DNA of 64,000 nt, taken from assembly GCA_012838805.1 (NCBI GenBank), contig DUON01000015.1:872-64871 (forward strand), read 5' to 3'. Source of the DNA: Clostridiales bacterium (lineage in GTDB: Bacteria > Bacillota > Clostridia > Christensenellales > DTU072). The translations under genes and the position numbers were made by a program. The notes under the pieces are model-generated. The model searched no databases and was not told where the DNA came from. It worked only from the letters and a program-made list of their open reading frames with translations. This document shows positions 27,332 to 36,575 of this stretch, piece after piece (within the stretch, counting starts at the first letter, position 1; each line of letters opens with the position of its first letter).

Positions 27332-30300
27332 TCACAGCGTCTTGGTCAAACTGTCAAGAATCTCTGCATTTTCGACAGTAACCATTAAAGGTCTTTTCTT
27401 GGTATACGCTGTCAGGGCATAGGCTATTTCTTTTGAAGTCTCATTTTCTTTAAGCGGGAATATCAGCATAAAATTCTCTCCACCTATCATGTCGATAATA
27501 GTCCTATTCAAAGCTGTTCCCAATACAAACGACATCAGCATCTTGTCTTCTTTCTTATAGCTTTCTCTTTCCACAACCTTTCCGCCGTTATTGTTGTCTA
27601 TCAGTACAAGGCTGCCGTTTGCTATATCCAAATTGTTTCTGCCCTTTGTAAGGGAATAAAGCTTTTTGCTCGCAAGCTTAATAATGAAGTCGGGGATATC
27701 TCCGCTCTTTTCAAGTATGCGTTTGACCTCTTTTAGGAAGTCCATTTTTTCTTGATACTTGGCAAGTTTGTCCTTTAATGCCAAGGCTTGTTGGGCGCTG
27801 CTCTTCATCTCTTTTCTATGGGCATAAACATCGGATATTTTCTGTCCTAACTCCTCAATCTTTGTGCTGAGGTTAAGGTATAGTTTTCTATTTTCTTCCA
27901 GACCCTCAAGCTCCTCTTTATATTTGTTTATGGTCTCTTCCAGCCTTTCTATATTGTTCTTATATACGGCTATGTTTTGATAATATGAGGCTATCTGCTT
28001 TTCTATCGAAGCTTTTTCGTCCTCTTTAAGTTGAAGCTTTTCAAGTTCAGCTGTGTTCTCGACATTGAGCGCAGCTAAACTACCTTCATAATCCGTCATA
28101 ATCCGGGCCAGGACTTCTTCGTCGGAAGAGAGTCTTGCATTCAAGGCGTCAAGCTCCCTGGTCTTTTCTGTCCTTTGCGATTTATACTTTTCAAGCACTT
28201 TCTTAACAGCGGAGTATTCCACCTTGATATCCTCTGCCTCTTCTTCGCTCTTTCTAATCTCCTCTATGACCTCGCCTATATATTCGCCCGAAGTCTTCAT
28301 GACCAGATTGGTATAGTCGTATTCCTCGTCGCCGATTTTTACTTTATTAAGCCTACCCTTAATGGCGGATATAAGACTTTCCAAACCTTGCTTTTCTTCA
28401 ATCAAATCATCCAGTCTCTTTCTCTTGGCACTCAAGTCCTCTTCCAAAGTGAAGCTCTCTTTCTCCACTAAAGCAAGCTCTTCCAGCCTCTCTTCAGCCT
28501 TGACTCCGCCCAAATTGGCTTCGATTGACTTATATCTATTTTCCGCTTGCTCCAAGCTTTCAGACGCCAAAGTATATCTTTGAAGAGTGTTGGGCAGTAC
28601 TTCCTCTTCAAGCTGTTTCTTTTCGTTTTCATAAAAAGCGATTCTTTGCTCATTCGCCTTAATCTTGTCTTCAAGCGCTTTAAGCTCGTTGGCAAGGCTC
28701 AACAAAGCCTCGTATTCGTTCATAGCGGAGTTCATCTTGTCCGCAAGTTCAAGATTTTCAGATACGCCGCTTTCATTATAGATATTCATTATGGTATTTG
28801 TCTTTGAGAGGATACTTTGTTTCAAGGACTCTATATAGACTCCACTTATCTTTATTCTTGCTTCCAATTCTCCAGTTCTCTTATTCAAGCCCTCCAGCTT
28901 TTGGGCATACTGCTGTTCATATTCAAGAGCTTTTTGGTATTCTTGATTTAATTTGGCGAGTTTTTCTTCCAATTCGCGGGCTTTTTGAGCGTCCTCTTCT
29001 TTTTTGCTCATGACAAGATTGTCGCATATCGGACATTTCTCACCATATTCAAGTTCCATATTTTGTTTTAAGTAATTTAACTTGATTTCAACGGAAACTA
29101 TTTTGTCTTGAAGAATTTGTTTGTTCTCAAACAGCTTTTGCATATGCCCTTTGAGACTTTCTTGGGCGTTATTGACTGCCTCCAAATTCTCCTCATATTC
29201 TTTTATGCCCTCTTGATTTTCGACGATTTTTTGCTTAATCTTTTCAATCTCGTCTTGTTGGGCAGCGACGATTATATGGTTTTTATAGAAATATTTCTTC
29301 TTATCGTCGGCTTTTTTAATGGCTTCGTCTAAGTCTTGACCCTTGATTTTTTCTTGAAGAGACTCCAATTTTTGCTTGTCTTGGACAAGCTCTTCGTCAA
29401 CGGCTTTTAATTGGGAATTTATGACATCAAGCCTTTTGGTTTCCATTTCCATACTGTTTTTTGCCGCTGCGATTATTTCACTTAATTTTTTGATTTCAGC
29501 TTCCAACGCCGCTCCTTCTCTAATCGCTTTCTTGACGGCGGGGTCTCTTTTTATCTCAAAAAGCCTTTGCTCGATATCGTCTACGCTGTTTTTTGTTGCC
29601 AAGATTTCGCGGTCGATTTCTTCAAGCCTTTGAACAAGACCTATCATCTCTTGGTCGTCTTTTTCAAAATACTTGTCTATGCCTTTTCTTATCTTGCTTT
29701 GAAGCTGGTCATCTGCCTTTAATTTTTCCACATTGTCATAGACAAGCTTTCTTAGCTCTTTTATTCTTTCAAGACAATGAATCAGCACTTTTTCAATCTT
29801 TTGGGAGCTCTTTTCTCCCTTTTCTATATTGGCGTCAAGCGCTTGGATTTCCGATTGGAGCGCGGCTATTTTTTCCTTAAGCTCAATATCCCTTTGCATT
29901 ATTTCTTCTTTTCTCTTGATTAAAAGAGCAAGCGCTTGGGCTTGGGCGCTTTTTTGCATGCGGGCTTCAAGCTCCTCTATTTCAGGCTCTAAGCTGAATG
30001 CTTTCTCAAGAAGAGCTTTTTGTTCTTCAAGCTCTTTTTGGGCTTTAAGCGCCTCTTCCCCTTTAAGAATTGACTTTGTCAGCTCTTCAAATTCCGTCTT
30101 AGCCTCCTGCCTTATGACCTTGGTTTCCTTAATGTCGTCTTTCATCATAGCCAAAGTTTTGGGATCCACATCGGGTATAAGCTCCAACTGCCAAGAAGTC
30201 TTTTGGTACTTCTCTTCAAGTCTCTTTTCGATAGTGTCTATATCGTCTTTTCCGCTTAAAAGCTCTTCTGAAAACTCCTTAAAGAATTCCTCCCTTTCTT

Positions 30301-30691
30301 TTGACGGGAGCATAAAGCCTGCGAATATCTTATCGCGGTCAATAAACGCAAGCTTTTCAAAACATTTGGCGTCCATTTTTATTTGGGAGAAGATTTTCTT
30401 ATCCACTTTGTCTTTGCCTCTGCAAACAAGACTGGCGTCCTTATAGGACAGTTCAGCTGTGCCCGCCGCAAAGTCTCTGCGGACTGTGTATTCTTCATTG
30501 TTGTATTCGTACCTTAATTCCAGTCTGCCTTGAGTTTGCTCACCGCCAAAAAGAGCAAGAGAAAAGTACTTTATCAGCTCTTCAAGGTTATCGTTTTGTA
30601 AGGCGACAAGCTTGGCTGTTTGAGGCGTAAAATCGTACTTTTGACATTCATCATTAAAAATACCGTCTACGGATAAAAATAATGGGCGCAT
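27332..30691 (-). CDS. Rad50/SbcC-like coiled-coil protein with a CxxC zinc hook and degenerate ATPase motifs
   Basis: 1119 aa. The N-terminus MRPLFLSVDGIF...YDFT resembles the SbcC opening. Very long heptad-rich Glu/Lys/Leu arms flank a central EKCPICD. The positions expected for Walker A, the LSGGE signature and Walker B read QNDNLEEL, YKKED and LIFPLKE. Confidence 0.8.
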   Translation of the reverse strand: MRPLFLSVDGIFNDECQKYDFTPQTAKLVALQNDNLEELIKYFSLALFGGEQTQGRLELRYEYNNEEYTVRRDFAAGTAELSYKDASLVCRGKDKVDKKIFSQIKMDAKCFEKLAFIDRDKIFAGFMLPSKEREEFFKEFSEELLSGKDDIDTIEKRLEEKYQKTSWQLELIPDVDPKTLAMMKDDIKETKVIRQEAKTEFEELTKSILKGEEALKAQKELEEQKALLEKAFSLEPEIEELEARMQKSAQAQALALLIKRKEEIMQRDIELKEKIAALQSEIQALDANIEKGEKSSQKIEKVLIHCLERIKELRKLVYDNVEKLKADDQLQSKIRKGIDKYFEKDDQEMIGLVQRLEEIDREILATKNSVDDIEQRLFEIKRDPAVKKAIREGAALEAEIKKLSEIIAAAKNSMEMETKRLDVINSQLKAVDEELVQDKQKLESLQEKIKGQDLDEAIKKADDKKKYFYKNHIIVAAQQDEIEKIKQKIVENQEGIKEYEENLEAVNNAQESLKGHMQKLFENKQILQDKIVSVEIKLNYLKQNMELEYGEKCPICDNLVMSKKEEDAQKARELEEKLAKLNQEYQKALEYEQQYAQKLEGLNKRTGELEARIKISGVYIESLKQSILSKTNTIMNIYNESGVSENLELADKMNSAMNEYEALLSLANELKALEDKIKANEQRIAFYENEKKQLEEEVLPNTLQRYTLASESLEQAENRYKSIEANLGGVKAEERLEELALVEKESFTLEEDLSAKRKRLDDLIEEKQGLESLISAIKGRLNKVKIGDEEYDYTNLVMKTSGEYIGEVIEEIRKSEEEAEDIKVEYSAVKKVLEKYKSQRTEKTRELDALNARLSSDEEVLARIMTDYEGSLAALNVENTAELEKLQLKEDEKASIEKQIASYYQNIAVYKNNIERLEETINKYKEELEGLEENRKLYLNLSTKIEELGQKISDVYAHRKEMKSSAQQALALKDKLAKYQEKMDFLKEVKRILEKSGDIPDFIIKLASKKLYSLTKGRNNLDIANGSLVLIDNNNGGKVVERESYKKEDKMLMSFVLGTALNRTIIDMIGGENFMLIFPLKENETSKEIAYALTAYTKKRPLMVTVENAEILDSLTKTL
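29024..29035 (-). other. CPIC zinc-hook motif at the apex of the coiled coil
   Basis: Residues 553-556 of 1119, almost exactly mid-protein, in the context MELEYGEKCPICDNLV. Confidence 0.7.
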
Positions 30692-30921
30692 TAGACCTCC
30701 AAAAATTTAAGAAACATATATATTTTTTGTAAATACTTTGTTTATATCATATCGGCGAAATTTTTTCTTACCTTAAATAAATAAACTGGCTATTTTTGTG
30801 ATTTTATGTTATATTATTAAGGCGACAAAAAATCCGCCTGCTTATTTAATATTAATTATTATTATACAACTATTAATTGCCTTTTGCAATACTTAATAAA
30901 TCGAAAAATGGAAGGAATGCG

Positions 30922-32655
30922 ATGTTTTTTTGCAAGTTAAGCCAAGGTTTTATCAATAACGGATATACCCTTGTCGAAAACGAATTCTTGCTTAGCCATA
31001 TGCCTGCGGCGGACGCCGTGGACATAAAAGTATATCTTTATGGCATGGCGATAGCAAATTCAGGACAGGAGAACAATTCTTTGGAAAAAATGGCGCTTGC
31101 GCTTAAGCTGTCCGAGGAGAGAATTCTTCAAGCATATAAGTATTGGCAAAAAATTGGTTTAGTGGACATCTCCGCGTCCTCTCCCCCCGTGATTTCTTAC
31201 AATCCCGTAAAACAAGCCCTTCCGCCCATAATCAAATATAAAAGCAAGGAATACTCTACTTTTGTGGAAGAGCTATATCGCCTTTTCCCCGAGGTGCTTT
31301 CTCCCAACTCCATAAACGAATTTGTAGACCTTATCAGCATAAATAAAATGGAAATCAACGCCATGCTGATGATAATAAAATACTGTGTTGACTATAAAGG
31401 CGAGAAAGTCAGCACGCCGTATATATTGTCGGTAGCCGACGATTGGATAAAAAAAGGTCTCACCACCGAAGAAAAAGTAAACGAGCATATTACAAATTTA
31501 GAAGCCAATTCCGAAGCCATACGGCAGATTTTCTCCACGCTGGGCGTAAAAAGGCAAGCGAATCTGGACGACAGACAGCTCTATGTCAAGTGGACCAAGG
31601 AATTTGGCTATAATCTGGACGCCATACTCACCGCCGCCCGAGCCTTAAAAAGAAGAGGCGGTATGCAAAGGCTTGATAGATATATGGACGAGCTCAAAAA
31701 CGCCAGTGCTTTCTCCGCTGTCGAAGTCGCCGAATACGCCAAGAACAAACAAGCTATATACGACCTTTCCATAAATGTGGTCAAAAATATCGGCGGATAC
31801 TATGCCTCAATGGATATCGTCATAGAGACCTATATCATTCCTTGGTTAAACAAAGGCTTTACCAGAGAAGCTTTGTTGACCATAGCCAAGTACTGTTTCC
31901 TAAAAAACATCAAAAATTTGGACGGTATGGAGCAAGTCGTAGAGAACTTTTATAAAATGGGGCTTTTGGATAAAGACAGTATCAATAATTATATAGAAAA
32001 GCAGATTGAAATCGACCAAAAAATCAAATCTATCTTTGAAAAATGCAATTATATGGGGCTTGTCACCAACCGTGACAGAGAATACTATCGCACTTGGATA
32101 GAATGGGGCTTTGACGACGAAATAATCTCCTATGTCGCCGACCTTGCCAAAAAGAACCCATTCCCCATACAGACCATGAACAGAAATTTAGGAATTCTCT
32201 ATCAAAATAGTATCAAAACCCTTGAAGAAGCAAAAGAGAAGCTTAAGACCCAAACAAAGGCACTTAAGCCTTCTTACACCCCAGGCGAGGAAGATTCTTA
32301 TATCTATAATTACAACAAAGCCTTGGAAATAATAAACAATAGACGAAATCTTGCCGAGCTTAAGGTCAAAAACACCTTGGACAAATTACGCAGCGATAAA
32401 GAGTTCTCCAAGCTTGAAAACAAAATGGGAGAGCTTAAGTTTGAAATAGCCAAAAGGGAAGCCCAAAACAAGAGTTTGGGCACCTTACCACAAGATTTTG
32501 AGCAAGTTGAAACAAAATACCTAAAGCGCCTTAAAGAGCTTGGACATACTCCAGACGACCTGCTCATAGAGTATTCTTGCAAGGAATGCAAAGACACTGG
32601 ATACATAAAAGGCAAAAAATGCAAATGCCTTATTGACTTGATTTATAATCAATAA
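30922..32655 (+). CDS. DnaD-domain / DnaB(Bsu)-type replication initiation protein with a C-terminal Cys4 zinc-ribbon motif
   Basis: 577 aa from MFFCKLSQG... (GGAAGGA SD). It has a winged-helix-like N-terminus and several DnaD C-terminal-type modules (YILSVADDWIKKGLTTEEKV, IIPWLNKGFTREALL, YRTWIEWGFDDEIISYV). It ends in a coiled segment and CKECKDTGYIKGKKCKC. Confidence 0.75.
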   Translation: MFFCKLSQGFINNGYTLVENEFLLSHMPAADAVDIKVYLYGMAIANSGQENNSLEKMALALKLSEERILQAYKYWQKIGLVDISASSPPVISYNPVKQALPPIIKYKSKEYSTFVEELYRLFPEVLSPNSINEFVDLISINKMEINAMLMIIKYCVDYKGEKVSTPYILSVADDWIKKGLTTEEKVNEHITNLEANSEAIRQIFSTLGVKRQANLDDRQLYVKWTKEFGYNLDAILTAARALKRRGGMQRLDRYMDELKNASAFSAVEVAEYAKNKQAIYDLSINVVKNIGGYYASMDIVIETYIIPWLNKGFTREALLTIAKYCFLKNIKNLDGMEQVVENFYKMGLLDKDSINNYIEKQIEIDQKIKSIFEKCNYMGLVTNRDREYYRTWIEWGFDDEIISYVADLAKKNPFPIQTMNRNLGILYQNSIKTLEEAKEKLKTQTKALKPSYTPGEEDSYIYNYNKALEIINNRRNLAELKVKNTLDKLRSDKEFSKLENKMGELKFEIAKREAQNKSLGTLPQDFEQVETKYLKRLKELGHTPDDLLIEYSCKECKDTGYIKGKKCKCLIDLIYNQ

Positions 32656-32693
32656 GGCATTTTATAACTTTTTCTTAATTATAAAAAATCTAT

Positions 32694-34361
32694 TTATTGA
32701 TCTTGTTCCAAAACTTCTTTTATCGCTTCTTTTTTAACGGGTCTGGAATCGCCATGTTTTACTAAAGCCATCAATACAACCGCTATGACAACGCTTATCG
32801 CCGAATAGGCAAAGAGCGCGGTGTCACCCAGTTTGTCCATAATTAGACCCGCGAAGAACGGCGTAACAGCCTGAGCGCTCATTGTGGCGACATAGTAGTA
32901 CCCTGTATATCTGCCCACCTGACTTTCGGGGGCAAGCTCTACCACCATGGGGAAGGTGTTGACATTGGCGATAATAAGTCCAAATCCCGAAATCAGATAG
33001 AATACGGCAAAGACATATTGTGCGTAAGAACTGGGTCTTATCCACAGCCAAATCAAAATATATGAAATTATCGCCATAACAAAGCCCACAATAACCGATT
33101 TTCTTCTTCCTATCTTTGTGGCAAGATATCCCACGGGTATAAAGGCTATCGCAGACACTCCCATACTGACGCCGGATATTATCGACGCCACGCCGGGGTC
33201 AAGGTTTAGCGTACGGGTAGTATATACTGAAAGGTTTGAGGTAACGGCGTTATAGCCGATAAACCACATAAATATCGCCGCTAAGATAAAGAAAAAGCTC
33301 ATCATTTTCTTTTTGTTTTCGACTTTGTCTTGAACGGTCAAGACAGCATCCTTTTCTTCTTTCTTAATTGCGTCTTCGTCGTTGTTTATACCGTATTCGG
33401 CACAGATTTCTTGACATTCTCTAACGAACTTGTTCTCATTGACCAAAATCAAAAAGACCGCAAGCAACAGCAGCATGCCTCCGCCCACGCATGCGAATAT
33501 ACCAATAAAGGGATTGCTGCTGATAAAAAATCCCACGGTATATATCACGAACGCCAAGGCGCCACCCACGCCTCCCATAAGGTTGATAATAGCGTTGGCG
33601 GGCGACCTCAAGGGCTTGGGCGTCACATCGGGCATAAGCGCCACAGCGGGGGAACGGAAAGTCGCCATGGACACCAGCACAAAGAACAAGATAATCATAT
33701 AGACCACCAGCCTTGAGATATTATGCTGAGTGATATTATCGTTGATTTGTTTGCTCATCCATGAATTGAAAGGCGAAACGCAAAAGCGCTGATAATCGGC
33801 ATTTTGGTCAAGATATGCCTTGGCTTGCTCGTCGCTCAATTGGTTGCCGTCTTTGTCATAATAAGTCTTTTTAATAAGACCTTTTGATTCCAATTCATAT
33901 TCCCCTTTCATGCCTATCTTTATAAATTTATTCTTATCAATATTGTTATTATTAAGATAAAGCTTGTCTCCAAAGTTTTCATAAATCTCTCCCCATTGCT
34001 CGACGGTCATCTGTTGAGTTATCTCTTCCCTTAAGGCGTTCGCTTCCTTAAGTTGGGTATTCGCCGATACGGGCACAAATATCATAAGCGCGACGGTGGC
34101 TACCGTGCCAAGCACAATGAAAGGGGTTCGTCTTCCAAACCTGGACTTTGTCTTGTCCGAAATTTTCCCGAATATCGGCAAAAGGAAAAGCGAAAGCAGA
34201 TTGTCCAAGCCCATAACCAGACCTCTCATGGCGTTGGAAAGTCCGAACGCCCTGTCCAAAAGATAGGGCACGACAAAATCATAGGCGGTCCAGAAAATCA
34301 TAATAATAGCAAATGCGAAACCTACCTTAATTGTCTTCTTGTAATCTAATTTTAGTTTCAT
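32694..34361 (-). CDS. MFS transporter (GPH/SLC45-like) with a large extra loop
   Basis: 555 aa. GKISDKTKSRFGRRTP is a motif-A-like loop after TM2. About 12 TM segments, plus a ~115-aa hydrophilic insert after TM3. Confidence 0.8.
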   Translation of the reverse strand: MKLKLDYKKTIKVGFAFAIIMIFWTAYDFVVPYLLDRAFGLSNAMRGLVMGLDNLLSLFLLPIFGKISDKTKSRFGRRTPFIVLGTVATVALMIFVPVSANTQLKEANALREEITQQMTVEQWGEIYENFGDKLYLNNNNIDKNKFIKIGMKGEYELESKGLIKKTYYDKDGNQLSDEQAKAYLDQNADYQRFCVSPFNSWMSKQINDNITQHNISRLVVYMIILFFVLVSMATFRSPAVALMPDVTPKPLRSPANAIINLMGGVGGALAFVIYTVGFFISSNPFIGIFACVGGGMLLLLAVFLILVNENKFVRECQEICAEYGINNDEDAIKKEEKDAVLTVQDKVENKKKMMSFFFILAAIFMWFIGYNAVTSNLSVYTTRTLNLDPGVASIISGVSMGVSAIAFIPVGYLATKIGRRKSVIVGFVMAIISYILIWLWIRPSSYAQYVFAVFYLISGFGLIIANVNTFPMVVELAPESQVGRYTGYYYVATMSAQAVTPFFAGLIMDKLGDTALFAYSAISVVIAVVLMALVKHGDSRPVKKEAIKEVLEQDQ

Positions 34362-34404
34362 AAAATAACTCCTAAAGGCGTTTTGCCTAAAATCATTCTA
34401 TATA

Positions 34405-34433
34405 ATTATAAGCCATGAAAGCCTATTTGTAAA
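34405..34433 (-). promoter_or_regulatory. Near-consensus sigma-A promoter upstream of the MFS gene
   Basis: Minus strand: TTTACA (34433..34428), a 17-nt spacer, then TATAAT (34410..34405). AGGAG lies upstream of the ATG at 34361. Confidence 0.6.
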
Positions 34434-34446
34434 TAAGAGAATTATT

Positions 34447-35247
34447 TTACAGCTCAAATATATAGTCGGTAGTGATATAATCCACTCCCGCCTCTACAAG
34501 CTCTTTGACCTTGTCTATATAGTTGACCGTCCATACATTGAGCGTCGCCGATTTCTTTTTTGCCATTTCAATAATGCTGTCGCTGACAATGTTCTGATTA
34601 ATTCCCACATTCTCCCCGTTATTAATTAATAATGTTGAAATAACCAGATTTGAGGACAAAGTTTGAACGGTTATGCTTGGGTCCACGCTTTTAATCTTTT
34701 GAATATTGCTCTGATGAAAGCTAATAAACTGGGTTCTTTCTAAAGGGAAGACGCTTTTCACAAACTCAATAAGCTCTTGTATCTCGTCTTGCTGGGGGGT
34801 ATATTTTAATTCTATAACCGCCATTTTGCCATACTGATAACAAATCTCAAGGTATCTTTCAAGGGAAACAAGCCTTATCCCCGTTGGGTCATGACCGTAT
34901 TTCTCGCTCTTAAGGGGCAGTGTCAAAGCATGTTCATAAGTAATATTAAAAATATTCATGCTCTCGTCCTCGAAGGGGTTGGCGTCATGGGCACAGACCC
35001 ATACCCCGTCCGCTGTCAGCCAGATATCCGTCTCTATCGCAAAGAAAAAGTCGCTTTTTGCAGCACTCAAAAATGCCTGTTCGCTATTTTCATAATATTC
35101 TGAACTGTGTCCTCTGTGAGCGATAAACTTGGTTCCCTCGGGTATCGTGAATTTATCTTTGGGCTGATACATCACCATACCAATAGATGCCGCCAGAATC
35201 AGTATTACAATCAAAGCTCCTACGGTCTTAAGAATCCTATTAAACAT
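34447..35247 (-). CDS. Membrane-anchored (extracytoplasmic) glycerophosphodiester phosphodiesterase
   Basis: N-terminal TM segment, then FIAHRGHSSEYYENSEQAF and FFFAIETDIWLTADG GDPD motifs. Confidence 0.85.
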   Translation of the reverse strand: MFNRILKTVGALIVILILAASIGMVMYQPKDKFTIPEGTKFIAHRGHSSEYYENSEQAFLSAAKSDFFFAIETDIWLTADGVWVCAHDANPFEDESMNIFNITYEHALTLPLKSEKYGHDPTGIRLVSLERYLEICYQYGKMAVIELKYTPQQDEIQELIEFVKSVFPLERTQFISFHQSNIQKIKSVDPSITVQTLSSNLVISTLLINNGENVGINQNIVSDSIIEMAKKKSATLNVWTVNYIDKVKELVEAGVDYITTDYIFEL

Positions 35248-35261
35248 ACGCTTTCCTTTTT

Positions 35262-36563
35262 TTAGTGTTGATTATGAAAGAATTCCCATAATTTTTGTTG
35301 CCATACGGCTATTTTTTTGTCGTCGTATTCGACAGGAATATCGTTCCCAAGGACTATCGCCTTTTGCATTCTATCGACCGCTTTTTTAAGGTTTAGCAGC
35401 AAGCCGATTCTGGGAAAGCCCGCGACAAGCTTTTTGAAGATATCTATAAACGACAATTTGACTGCGCCCCCGCTGCTGGACACCTCCATTTCCTTTTGGG
35501 AAATGATCCCTTTGTCGAATAAAAACGCAAGGTCCTCGCTCGGGGTTCTTAACAGCCATCTCTTTAAGGCGTCCACTCCCATATGACGACTACCCGCCTT
35601 ATACATAAACCTTACTTGATAGTTCCACAAGTTTTGTTTTTCCACTCCGCCTTTTATTATGGTTTCGGCAATCAGCCGTCCCGCAAACATAGAGCTGGCT
35701 ATCCCCGAGCCCAGCATGGGTATGGTCATAAAAGCGGCATCGCCAATGGCGGCATATCCGTCTGTGACCATTTTGGTAAGCGGATATCTTACGGGTATAG
35801 TGCAGATTTGTCCGCCATGTAAAAGCTTATCCCCCATGGAGGGATTGTCTTTTTTAAGCTCGTTCAGAGCATTGTCAAGAGTTTTCTTGTCCAGCTTGTC
35901 AATTCTTCCCACCAAGATATCAACTTCGCCCTCTATCTCATGCCTGCTCCAAGAAAGACCCTGCTCTCCCAAGTGCTTTAGGTAAGCTTTGCATTTATGC
36001 TCTATCTTGGCGTCTTTTCTTTCATAGAATCCCCTAAAGGCATAAAAAATATCCCCCGGATAGGGCTTTTGTTGGATATTAGAGGATTCAGGCAGAGAGG
36101 CTCTAAAAGCCGAAAGTGCGCCGCTGGAGTCTATGACCAAATCGGCTTTTATGTTCTTGCCTTTCACCTTTACGCCTTGAACCTTGTCGTCCTTTATCAA
36201 TAAGGAATCCACCTTGACATCAAAGAACATACTGCAATATTGCTTGGCTTTGTCAACCAGATACTTGGACAGCGCTCTTCTATGTATGCTCAAATCCCGC
36301 TCTCCTTTTATCGGCACAAAGAGAATGTTCTTTGCTTTGGGGATGACAAAAGACCAGTCGGATTTGGGGTGATAATGCTCTTTGTCGGGAAGAGGCAAGT
36401 CCAAATCCTTAAAAATCTGCGGTGCGACATCGTCATGCCAGTCATAGCTAAGCAAGTCCTCTTTTTCCTTTTCGTATAGACTGACCTCATAGCCGGCTTT
36501 GCCCAGCTCTGCCGCCGCTATTAAACCGCCGATTCCAGCGCCAATGATTACTATTTTACTCAT
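35262..36563 (-). CDS. FAD-dependent oxidoreductase (geranylgeranyl-reductase-like family)
   Basis: MSKIVIIGAGIGGLIAAAELGKAGYEVSLYEKE dinucleotide fold and a later GDAAFMT motif. Confidence 0.8.
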   Translation of the reverse strand: MSKIVIIGAGIGGLIAAAELGKAGYEVSLYEKEKEDLLSYDWHDDVAPQIFKDLDLPLPDKEHYHPKSDWSFVIPKAKNILFVPIKGERDLSIHRRALSKYLVDKAKQYCSMFFDVKVDSLLIKDDKVQGVKVKGKNIKADLVIDSSGALSAFRASLPESSNIQQKPYPGDIFYAFRGFYERKDAKIEHKCKAYLKHLGEQGLSWSRHEIEGEVDILVGRIDKLDKKTLDNALNELKKDNPSMGDKLLHGGQICTIPVRYPLTKMVTDGYAAIGDAAFMTIPMLGSGIASSMFAGRLIAETIIKGGVEKQNLWNYQVRFMYKAGSRHMGVDALKRWLLRTPSEDLAFLFDKGIISQKEMEVSSSGGAVKLSFIDIFKKLVAGFPRIGLLLNLKKAVDRMQKAIVLGNDIPVEYDDKKIAVWQQKLWEFFHNQH

Positions 36564-36575
36564 AAAAAATCCTCC

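Noticed and set aside
26640-30691. Canonical SbcCD nuclease, or an SMC-based defence system (Lamassu/Wadjet-like) made of the coiled-coil protein plus the HD hydrolase
   Set aside because: No SbcD/Mre11, kleisin or effector-type partner is present, and the ATPase motifs needed by those systems are absent. The HD gene also has its own terminator-promoter boundary (27285..27318 and 27254..27282). A functional link is not excluded but cannot be supported.
30692-30921. DnaA boxes or a replication origin in the divergent region next to the DnaD-like gene
   Set aside because: I saw no TTATCCACA-like 9-mers, only a partial TGTGAT, and no clustered boxes or dnaA/dnaN genes nearby.
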